DNA of 64,000 bases, taken from positions 7,077,489-7,141,488 of the forward strand of contig CM119265.1 in assembly GCA_051294375.1 (NCBI GenBank), read 5' to 3'. Positions within the stretch are counted from its first letter, which is position 1. Each line of letters opens with the position of its first letter. Shown here in pieces: positions 1 to 10,066 of the stretch. Source of the DNA: Paraspadella gotoi (lineage: Eukaryota; Animalia; Chaetognatha). Under the pieces are notes generated by a model. It did not search any database. It had not been told where the DNA came from and was given only the letters and a program-made list of their open reading frames with translations. Both the position numbers and the translations under genes were made by a program.

Positions 1-896
1 ACGTAAGTCACTTTACTAATAAATTAATTTTTTTTAAAATATAGTTTCATTAACTTACCTATAAAAACCAACAAAATGGGACACCACCTGTAAGTGATAC
101 CTCGAATGATCGGAAGTACTGTGTAAGTGAAGTTTTGGGACAATTCCAGGGGATAATCAGAGAATGTATCGTTGAGATCTCCAGAAAATAAAGGTCGATG
201 AGAAATACATCTGCGTTAGATAAAAAAAGTATCCTAACAGGCTAACTCTAAAAATATCTATTTAAACAAAGTTAACTTCACCTGTTATTCGATCCGTTCG
301 GATACTTTTCAAAAATCATCGGTAAGTTTAGTGCCGTTACAATGAGGCTGATCGATGTGATAATGATGAATCTCCTTCTTTTTCCAATTTTTCTCTCAAC
401 CTTCTTTGGGTAGGGCGAGTGTACATTGTACAATTATTAAATAAATTCATCCATAAAATCGAATTGAACATTAAACAAAATTACTCGAAAGGGAAAAAGG
501 ACGCCGCTCGCTCTGTCCAGCGTCAGCGCTGCGATAATACAATTGCTTGCACCTTCAGTGGTGCTTAAAGCGAAGTTTGGAATTCGACAGGCGATGGAGG
601 AAAGAACGAATGGCCAACCATAAAAGGCAGCGATTAATGTTTTCAATGTGACGTTGATTGAATCTGTTATGATTAAATATCAGTTGAAATGATAATATTT
701 TGAGAAATTAAACTTCAACTCTACCGTAAACCGCCGTTGTTAGAAGATAAGGTGCCGAAGGGGAATCTTTTAATGAAGGTCTAGTCATTATAAATATGGC
801 CAGAAAGTTTCCAACGTAAGCGACGATGGTAGACAAAGGAAAAAGAATAGTTTCCACTTTAAAGGGAATAACGATGTTTGGTTTTTGGAAATCCAT
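1..896 (-). CDS. Rhodopsin-like (class A) GPCR, 5' part; multi-exon, runs off the window start
   Basis: ATG at 896. TM1 IVAYVGNFLAIFIM, TM2 PYLLTTAVYD (joined across GT-AG intron ~664-724), then GWPF...C and TM3 ending IIAALTLDRASGVLFPF. Further hydrophobic exons at ~283-425 and below ~212. Confidence 0.8.
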
Positions 897-1193
897 TGAA
901 AATAAGCCACATGTATACTATGTTAGTTATATGATCGTTGTTTTAATTTTTAAGTTTCAAAACCACTTGTTGCAGGCATAAAAGTGCAGCTTTGAAATTT
1001 CCCAGTCCTTTTTATTTTTCTACCAAGCACCGATAAGAAAATTGTTTCGATCCATGCAAAAAGTTTCAAGGATTTACCTTGAATATAACCAATAATCCAA
1101 CAAATCTACTTGGTATTTATAAAACAAAGTAGTATTGTATTAATTTCTTTATCAAAATCAAATCCTTAAAGTTTATCATCTGTTTCGATAACT

Positions 1194-1198
1194 AAAAA
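1194..1198 (-). terminator. Pol III oligo-T terminator of tRNA-Cys
   Basis: TTTTT on the minus strand a few nt downstream of the tRNA 3' end. Confidence 0.7.
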
Positions 1199-1201
1199 GT
1201 T

Positions 1202-1273
1202 AGGGGACACCCGGGTTTGAACCGGGGACCTCTCGATCTGCAGTCGAATGCTCTACCACTGAGCTATATCCCC
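1202..1273 (-). tRNA. tRNA-Cys (GCA)
   Basis: Reverse complement GGGGATATAGCTCAGTGGTAGAGCATTCGACTGCAGATCGAGAGGTCCCCGGTTCAAACCCGGGTGTCCCCT folds as a cloverleaf, with anticodon GCA, A and B boxes and a U discriminator. Confidence 0.97.
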
Positions 1274-1707
1274 TTTGCTGGTATCATAACTTCAAAAACT
1301 TTACTTATGGCTTAAAGCAGTATTATTTTTATAATTACATTTATAAATAGTTGTAACTTTAAAGAGCTTAATTTTGTTTTATTATTCGGTCAATAATAGA
1401 ATCGTTATTATGGCGTTTCTTCGCTTTTGGCATCGGTAAATTATTCTTAAAAGGCGCTCAGCCTCGAACAAAAGATCGCGCGCCTTTTGGCTTTTCCTCT
1501 TCCCAGCGACGGCCTGGCGACAATCCTCGTTATGGCCTCTGTCCGGGAATCCCAGACGCTCCGGCGACCAACTCACTTCTAATTTTCTTTGTTTCAATGT
1601 CTTAAAATTGTTTTTCCAGTTACGCACAAAATTATGAGAAAACTAACTTAAGTTTTCCGTTAAAAAGTCCATTCGTAACTTTCAATTGTCTAATCCTGAA
1701 ACCAATC

Positions 1708-3594
1708 ATGAAAGAATCTCCGAAAACTTGCTCCACTCAGCCTCCCCCTCAGCCGGAGGAAATGGACATTGTGGCGGCGACGCAGTTCGGTTTCATCGAT
1801 CGCTGTCGCCAACTAATCGAGTCAAAGGTGGCTGACGTGAACCAGGTCGACTCCGAGGGCTGCTACCTTCTCCACTGGGCGGCGATTAACAACCGGACGC
1901 AGTTAATCGAGTACTTCATCTCTATCGGCGCCGTCATCGACCAGATCGGCGGCGAGCTGGAGGCGTCGCCGCTCCACTGGGCGACTCGTTCCGGTCATCT
2001 AGAAACTATCGTTCTGCTGATGAAGCACGGCGCCGACCCCATGATTCTCGACAAAGAGGGTCTCAACTGCGTCATGGTTTCCGCCGCCTTTGGCCACAGC
2101 CACTGTCTCGCCTACTTGGTCGCTAAGCTCGGCTCCGAGCTCGACTTAGAGGCCAAGGACTATGAGGGGCGGACGGCGGCGATATGGTCGGTGTGCCGCA
2201 ACGTTGATCCTAACCCAGTTCGCCTTCTCCTCAACTACAATGCCAACTTTGACGTCCGCGACTCGAAAAACCGCTCCCCGCTTCACTGGGGCGTCGTCGT
2301 GGGTGGCTACGAATCCCTCCGTCTCATCCTCGACACGAATCAGGTTGACCCGGATCATCGCGACGATGAATTGATGACGGCGGAAGATCTGGGAATCAAG
2401 AGCCGCCAGCCCGATCTCGTTGCCTTGCTGCGCGCGAATGCTTGGCGTCGGGCTCGTCGGGAAGGACGCGGTCCCGCCGAAGGACGCCTTCGCTCGGCCT
2501 TGAACCATGTCCGCTACGATCAAGAGGCCCAGGCCAAATTGGTCACCTTCACCCCTGGTCTATACTTTCTCCTCATCGGCCTCGTCCTGGGTACTTCCAT
2601 TTCTTACTGGGCTAAAGCCTTAGTGTTTTTTCTTATGTTTCTCAGCGTTCAGATTCCGCTTCGCTTGTTCGCCGAACGCAACGTCTTTCTAGAACGATTG
2701 CCTATTGCCCTCTCCTTGGGTACCAAGTTCTGGATGTACTGCACGTTCTTTTATTTCAGCTACGAGCTGCGCTCCAGGAAATTTTACGTAGAATTTCTGA
2801 TTTGGTTCCTGCTTTCCTGTTGCTTCTACTTCTTCGTCAAGGCGGCGCGGAAAGACCCCGGTTATATCGAATCCTGTCGGACGACGGACAAGTCGCTCGT
2901 CAACGAGCAAATCCTTCGACTCTGCGAAAATCCTACCGAAGACTCGAGTCCACCCGACCTACACGACTTCTGCTTCACTTGCCTTATCCGACGTCCGCTA
3001 AGATCGAAGCACTGCGTCGTCTGCGACAAATGCGTGGCACGATTCGATCACCACTGTCCATGGATCAACAGTTGCGTCGGTGACGGGAATCTCCTTCACT
3101 TCATGGCCTACCTCTTCTTTCTCGACATTAATCTCTTCTGGGCCATGTTCGGAGCCGTGCAGTATTCGAGGACCCAAATCGAGGGTCCGCTGGAGTGGCA
3201 CGGAGACTTTTATGGCGTCTTTGCCATTGTGGTAGAGCTAGCCCGTGCGTCACCCTGGAACATGTGGTGTTACGTAAACGCAGCCGCCTACTCCATCGGA
3301 ATTTTTTGTCTCTTTGTTTGCCAATTTTATCAGTGCTGCATAAATATGACGACGAACGAGAGGCTGCGGTTTTTCAAGTACAAACTTTTTAAGGATAAAA
3401 AGACCTCGAAATTCACGAATCCATTTACTCGAGGTTTTGTGCGCAACCTGGTCGACAATCTTAAGATTCGCATTCCTTATGTGATACAACCGACGCCTAT
3501 CGATTGGAAAAGGTGCTTTACGATCAAGGAACTTGAACTCTGCCACAACACCAAACAATGGAAAGAAAGTTCGTCCCCTGGAAAGATCGCCTGA
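1708..3594 (+). CDS. ZDHHC17: Palmitoyltransferase ZDHHC17/HIP14 (ankyrin repeats + DHHC domain), single exon, 628 aa
   Basis: Ankyrin repeats (LLHWAAINNR, SPLHWATRSGH, SPLHWGVVVG), TM helices, intact DHHC-CRD CFTCLIRRPLRSKHCVVCDKCVARFDHHCPWINSCVG, MTTNE and NPFTRG motifs. Confidence 0.93.
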   Translation: MKESPKTCSTQPPPQPEEMDIVAATQFGFIDRCRQLIESKVADVNQVDSEGCYLLHWAAINNRTQLIEYFISIGAVIDQIGGELEASPLHWATRSGHLETIVLLMKHGADPMILDKEGLNCVMVSAAFGHSHCLAYLVAKLGSELDLEAKDYEGRTAAIWSVCRNVDPNPVRLLLNYNANFDVRDSKNRSPLHWGVVVGGYESLRLILDTNQVDPDHRDDELMTAEDLGIKSRQPDLVALLRANAWRRARREGRGPAEGRLRSALNHVRYDQEAQAKLVTFTPGLYFLLIGLVLGTSISYWAKALVFFLMFLSVQIPLRLFAERNVFLERLPIALSLGTKFWMYCTFFYFSYELRSRKFYVEFLIWFLLSCCFYFFVKAARKDPGYIESCRTTDKSLVNEQILRLCENPTEDSSPPDLHDFCFTCLIRRPLRSKHCVVCDKCVARFDHHCPWINSCVGDGNLLHFMAYLFFLDINLFWAMFGAVQYSRTQIEGPLEWHGDFYGVFAIVVELARASPWNMWCYVNAAAYSIGIFCLFVCQFYQCCINMTTNERLRFFKYKLFKDKKTSKFTNPFTRGFVRNLVDNLKIRIPYVIQPTPIDWKRCFTIKELELCHNTKQWKESSSPGKIA

Positions 3595-3838
3595 CTATTT
3601 AATTTGAAAAATAAGCGATATCTAGTCAGTTAAGTTTATTGGACGGACTTCGGCTAGTTTTGTAACGGCAAACTTGATTTTGTACCGTCCATGTAAATCC
3701 AAGTTACTTTTTCAGGTTTTTACTCCGAAACATGGGCACAAAGTTTGATTGTACTTTTGATTTGAATGAAAAAACTTCAATAATTTACAGCATTGACTTG
3801 TGATTGTTTAAATTTTTTTTTAAATAAAGATATCTAGA

Positions 3839-4987
3839 GTCCCAATGGTACTGTACCTTAACTGTTACATATGGTCTATATATGTCTGTCCGTCCGTCCC
3901 CCCTTTTTGTATATGGGTGGGAAAGTTTCGATGGAATCGTCCGAGTGGAAATGAGTTTAAATGGATAAAACAAAAAACCTGTTTCACTAATAGATTTTGC
4001 TTATTTTTCTTTTTATATTAAATGTAAATGTAAGATTATAAATTAATCAAATATTAATCAGTAATTAATTAAATAATCAGTCAATTAATCATTTAATTAA
4101 TTATTCCAGAGATGGTATATTTCTATTTTCTTTTTCCTCCTATCAAATGAACCGTGTACACTGTACATATATTTATCAACTAATTATTTAATTAATCAAG
4201 TAAGTCAATCAATTAATCGTTATTGGCGTTATTGTCGTCGCTTTTGTCGTGGTCAGTGACGAAAAGACCTACAAAGAAACAATGGCGATTCTAATTAATT
4301 AATTAATTGACTAATTTATTAATTAATTTTAATTAATTAATTAATTATTGCTAATGATCGTGGGCAGATCCGGCATTGTTTGCTCAAATTTGTTTTGCAA
4401 TATATTCAATTTAAGTGAGTCCTAGTTTTTTACTTTTTTAATTTTTAAATTATTTTTTAAATTCTAAAATAAATTTTAATAACAAAATTAGATAAATGAT
4501 ATTTTAAATTGATATAAATTATTCAAATTTTAATTTTAAAAGTGCGTTAATAAAAAGAATGTATACATTTAAAAAAATTGTATAAAAATGTTTATTATTT
4601 TAATATTTCAATTCAATTATTTTAAGTTATGAGCAATTGAATCATTAATCCAGAACAAAATGCTTGCTATTTATTCAATAAATTATTATCAAATCAATAA
4701 AAGGGAAAAAATATGAAAAAATGAATACTGCATTTTAAAAGCTCTGTAGCTAAAAATATGAGGTTGTTTCTTACTGTTGTTTTCTTACCGTTGTTTTCTT
4801 ACCGTCTTCTGTTAAATATTAAAAAATATATAATTTAATAATTTTTTGCTTTGTTCAATTTTAAAAATTTAGGTATCGTATAAAATGGTCCATACTTGTG
4901 GGTTTATTCATGATAATAATTCGATATGGTATAGGAGCAGTAAGCTGTTATTAAGGGACAGTACCATTGGGACGCACTGTACCTAAA
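3839..4987. repeat. Two inverted copies of a short TTAA-ended element (3839-3861 and 4951-4987)
   Basis: gtcccaatggtactgtaccttaa is the reverse complement of ttaagggacagtaccattgggac (1 mismatch). The second copy is itself a mini inverted repeat. Confidence 0.6.
4040..4350. repeat. Low-complexity TAAT/ATTAATC-rich repeat
   Basis: Dense aattaatc and taattaat units. Confidence 0.6.
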
Positions 4988-5789
4988 TATTTTGCGATAA
5001 CTTTGCGTTACATTCTATATATCCTTTATAGGACACTAGCCCTAAAAATGCCTGTTTAGTTTTTTTCATTAGTTTGTAACAATTTTTAATTACAAAGCTA
5101 TGAAAAGTATAGGGCGCATATAACATGTAATGTAGTTTTCTATGATTATAACATTTCTCTAAATCTTATGTACTATTATTATGTTATGGAGAATTAATGT
5201 TAATATCAATCAATTTAATTTGTGAATAGATGTCATAATAGTAAAGCACTGAATGAAGCCAATTTTCATTATTTTGTCATGTGAGTTAATTAGACAAAGA
5301 TAGGAAGATGAAGATGTGAAAATTACTTATTGTGTAGTCCTGTGATAGCCTGTTTAGTGTTTATGGAATGAATGAATAAATATTAATTTTTTTGATGGTT
5401 GTACCAATTTCATGGAAAAATCTGACAACGTTTTTGATGCCTCTTGTCCACATATATGAAAAGTTAGCTGCGACTGTTAGGACCTCTAATGGCTCAACTC
5501 TCTTTTTATGTTAATACCCCAGGAGAAATCTGATATTTTTAAAATTTATTTTAAAACTGCTAGCAGACATAGTTTAAAAACGTATGTTTACTTTTGTAAA
5601 CTTAAATTTTCATATCGGAAAGAAAATTCTACTGGACAATTTTTATTTGGCAATAATTTATAAAAACAATTTAACAGATTACAATAACAATTACGATAAC
5701 TACTTAGGAGTTAGTTATCTCCTTCATAACTCGAAAGTTATCTCAAAAACAAAATTATAAGAAAAATATTCGGCGCATTTTGAGTTAAA

Positions 5790-7626
5790 ATGTCGTCGTC
5801 GTCGATTCTTGGTCTCGTCAATCAACTCCACAGCATGGAATCCTCTTTCACAGAGATACTGATGGAGGTGGGTGATGCCTTGCATATGCCATATAAATTG
5901 TAAACGCTGACTGGTTTACGATCGTTCGGATTTTTATTTCGTTCCAGGCGACGATGAAGTTGAGCTCCTTGACAGACGCGAGCGTTTTCCTCTTGCTTGA
6001 GACTCAAGAAGGTCGGAGATATTGCGGCAAACGTCATCTCTGCGACGCCTACAAAACTCAGGGTAACGAATCTCGCCTTCGAAGAGAAGTTGAATCGCTC
6101 ACTTTTTTAGCTCTACCCTTCCACTTTTTTGAGGACTCTGTCCGATAGGAAACGACGTAGAGATGGAACTGGTTCCGGGCGTGGCGGCTCTACAGGTTCG
6201 TCGTTCCGACGCCGGCGTTCACGAGGCTACTTTCGCCTCTTTGGCGGGCCCATTAAATCCCAACATCGGGGCGGGGGCTTCCAACAACCCCGTTATCAAT
6301 CACTCGAACAACCACTTTGTTGGCGGCACCGGGTTTTTGACTGGGACCCAAATCCTCGGCCGTAAACGACCCCACGGTAAGGATTATAGTTATCGTCGTC
6401 GTCTCGCCCTTTGAGTCGACGGACTTTCATCTCCCCTTTATTTTTTTTCAGACGCGAGTCCCTTCAATCAAATTTCGTCCCCGCGTAAACAGTTTCGTTC
6501 ATCCGCGGATCTGGGCGTGGCCATGCCGCCCTATGTCGCCAAGTCGGGTGGGAATTTCGAAACTGCTGTCTTTTCTTTCGGTCCGCTTTCGAATATTCAC
6601 ATTTTAGTTTCTACAGCCTCCCTTTTTTTTCATACGGCAGCTCACGAAGTGACGATGACGAACGTGACGATGGGGACGGGGATCGACGTCGCATCGGCCA
6701 TCGACGATGGCGAAGTCGTCACCGTCGACGTCAAGAAGGAAGACGAGGAGAAGCGTCAGGTGAATGAGTCAATCGACTTTTTGCTTTTCGTTTTGTCGAG
6801 AATGTTTAGACTTTTCCCTTTAACGCGCAGAGATCCGGTTTCGAGGAAGAGGTTTATTTGGACGAAAGAACGGGCGACAAGGTTCACCGGCGGAACAATC
6901 AGGTGGGGGGGGGATTTTGACTTGACCTGACCCTACAGGTTATTTCTTTTAAGAAGCAGCGAGATTTTTATGTTCTTCACTTTTCTTTTCTAGTCTTCGT
7001 CGCACGGCTTCTCTCCCGGTGTTTCTTCGGCTTCCGGTGAGTCAATTACTAAGTTTCCCCGGCGCCGCTGTATTCTTTCCATTACATCCGGGCGCTTTAT
7101 TTTCCCCGTTAATTGCGATTGTCGAGGCTTCAATACTAAAACCGACGCCTTCCTCGATTCCTTCACTCGAAAAGCTGCGGTGGAGCAACTCTCCCTCGAA
7201 CAGAAGCTGGAGATCCTCAAGGGTTTGGAGCCGGAAGCCTTGACGCGCCCTGGAGCCGTCGACACCGAGGAGTATCTCGTCTTTCAAAAGGTGAAACTGG
7301 TGTCAGGGATCGAGGGAGTCGAATGAATTAAAGAAATCCTGAGCGATTCATCGTATGACTTTAATTAATCAATAATTATTTGTTTCAAGATTTGCTACGA
7401 GTTTTGTCGCGCCTGCGCCTTGGAATGCCCCGTCGAAGAGGAAGATGTAGACGCCTTCTTCGACTCAAACTTCAATCGGTTTGTGACCACCTTTCCAAAG
7501 CTGAACACCAGCGTCGACGTCCTTTACCTCATGCGACTCTTGACAAAGAGGAGTTATAAACAATATTTGAAGACTCGGGGAAAGCGGAAAAACGATCACT
7601 CCAAAATGTCCAGCTTTTTTACTTAA
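5790..7626 (+). CDS. Uncharacterised 388-aa protein with a partial MADS-box-like N-terminal region (9 exons)
   Basis: Phase-consistent exons 5790-5867, 5948-6062, 6134-6376, 6452-6547, 6641-6759, 6831-6902, 6994-7036, 7127-7290, 7390-7626, all GT-AG. N-terminal LMEATMKLSSLTDASVFLLLETQEGRRY; C-terminal CYEFCRACALECP. Confidence 0.75.
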
Positions 7627-7890
7627 AATTCCGTTTGTGTCCTCGATTCGATTTTCAGATGAGTTGCTTTTAGTTTATTTATTTTTCTGATCTCTGATTT
7701 CCACTCAGTCTGAGGCATTGCAGTCGATTATGTGTGCATTCTTTTTATCAAATGTCAATCGATTTTACATAGATTATCAGTCGGCTTTACCGATAATGAA
7801 ATTTTTTCGTCGATTATTATTCGATGATTTTATGAGTTGCTCCTTCAACCGTTTCTGACAATATTCTGAGAATATGGAATTTTTCACAAC

Positions 7891-9641
7891 ATGACGTTAA
7901 CAACAGAAGCTAGATCTTCACTTGAATCATATTCTGGCATTGACGCACCATTTTCGTCCAGAATAACAACTTCCCCAGAAAATGCCACGCCTTCAGGCAC
8001 ACAATCCACTAACACTGCCGCATTCACCAGAAATGCCGTCGACGCGCGAACTTCGAACCGCGTTGGGCGAAACCGGACGCGCCGCACCATCAACGCCGGT
8101 CGCCGCTCGCGACCGGATGCGGCGCCGGAAAGCGTGGCTCGCGCCGTGAACGCCAGTTGCGACGCCGGCGACGCTCGACCATCCACGAGAGGTCCGGCTA
8201 CGACCGGGATCGTTGAGGCCTCAGGCAGCGAGCCTTTTCGGGCCGACCTGGAGTACGTCGGGTTCGTCTCGGCGATTTGCTTTCTACTGAGCGGCGTCGT
8301 TTTACTTCTGGTCGGCGTCGTCATGACTCTTACCATAGACGTCGCGCGCGTCAAGGTCTGGACTTTTATTGGTATTATCTCAATTAGCTTGATAACCTAA
8401 TTCTCGATGTTCGCGTTTCCCAGTCGCTTCAGCAATCGTCAAAGTCGTCGCAAACCTATTTCGGGCCTCAAAAGATTGCTTCGGCCTTATTGGGACCGAT
8501 CTTTCTTGTCATCGGTAAAGTTTTTGTAATTTTTAATTTTAAGTTATTCCCTTTCGTCACTTTACCGAGAAATCACGATTGTTTATTTTTAGGCGGTGTT
8601 ATGGTGATGGGCGGCATGGCTCACGTTCACATGAGGCAAAAGCGGCAACCGCCTTCGGAAGAACCGCAGGTGCCGCAAGCTGCCGTCTGTTTTCTCCTCT
8701 GCGGAATAGTCATCCTCGTTTCTGGACTCGTCATGGTCATTGCTAAGTATGAATCGAATTGAATCTAATTGAATTAAATGGAATCTAAAAAACTAATCCT
8801 ATTTCATTGATCAATTTGCAGGCACTCATTGCAAGCATTTATGCCGTCGAAAAAATCACAGGCCGTCATGGGCCCGGTCTTTCTCATCATGGGAACGATC
8901 ATGGTTTTGGGCGGACTCGCGAACATTCGCTCGACTAACGGAAAGTCTGGTGAAAGACCCGATCCTGTCGAAGAACTCGTGACGGCGCCGACAGGGACGC
9001 AGGCGGCGGCGGGTGGGATGGAATTGGAATCTGAAGAGGGCGGGAATGAAACCAACGCTTCGGAGTCGGTCGGCCAGACGCGTCGGCGGAGACGGCGAGT
9101 TCGAGCACGCAATCGTACTGTCTCCGAGAGCGACGCGGACGCCCGCGATCACAATCAGATGCCCGTCGACGCTCGACCCGACCGTCCTCGGCGTCACCGA
9201 AGCCGTCGCGCTTCTCGTCCAGCCTCCAACGCTCGCTTGCCCGCGTTTCGTCTACCGCCTTTGCCGGGTTTTCTCCGCTTGGAGCCGTCCACCGTCTCCT
9301 CCGCTACGGCGCGCCGTCGCCTATCGTCTTGGCCACGCATCGCCGCCCGCGATCCTCCCCCCTACTCGGCCGCGCCGCCAACTCCCCCGTCCGACTTTGG
9401 CCTCTCGCCGGAAACGCCCAACCTCGAAGCGCCGCCATCGTACGAGGCAGTCCTCGTTGAGAACGAACGAGCCGCCGTCGCGCCCCCTAGTGTCGAATGC
9501 GTCGCTATCGATGCCTCTGCCGCAGCCGTGGAAAACGCTGGAGAGTCGCTGGACGCCAGGATTTTATTGACCAACAGGGTGCTCGAACCATTGCCGACCT
9601 ACGAAGAGGCTATGGGGAACTCGAGGTCCAGCGCGGTTTAA
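7891..9641 (+). CDS. Four-TM protein with a cytoplasmic PPxY/LPxY tail (TMEM171/174-like topology; putative NEDD4-family adaptor)
   Basis: Four exons joined by GT-AG introns (~8356-8422, ~8515-8592, ~8747-8821). Two TM hairpins; tail motifs PPPY, PPSY and LPTY. Confidence 0.75.
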
Positions 9642-10066
9642 AAAAGATCTCTCCATTCTTTAGTAGACGTAGTATTTTCGATCTATTATTGTATTGTAAT
9701 CGATCGTGATCTCATGCTCTCCCCTCTTGCCAAATAAAAATGGCATGAGTTCGATATCTTCAATTTTTTTCTCGTTTCATCGCCAATTTAGCCATTTTTT
9801 ACATTTACACAGTATTCTACTAGTTTTTTTTTATTTGTGCCTGATGAAATTAATGACAAATTAAAAGTCATTTATCCAAAACGTAGTTCAGCAATTATTT
9901 ACCAGAATGTCGATTTGTCGATTTTTTTTTTGTAGCTTGATATGGAATGTTTTTTACATCGATATTTATTGGCAGTGCTTTGAGCGTCGCTACTCCATTT
10001 TATTGTTGAATAAAAAATGTTTGTACCTTTTCACGAGATTCTCATTTGAGAGCATGGTTACGAACG

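Noticed and set aside
1382-1627. 81-aa minus-strand ORF; brief U2 snRNA-like words (gccttttggc)
   Set aside because: No recognisable domain, and the rest of U2 (branch-pairing region, Sm site) is absent. More likely promoter or UTR sequence.
2146-3558. Antisense and alternative-frame ORFs over ZDHHC17 (similar ones over PAK and ECM29)
   Set aside because: By-products of GC-rich codon usage in real genes.
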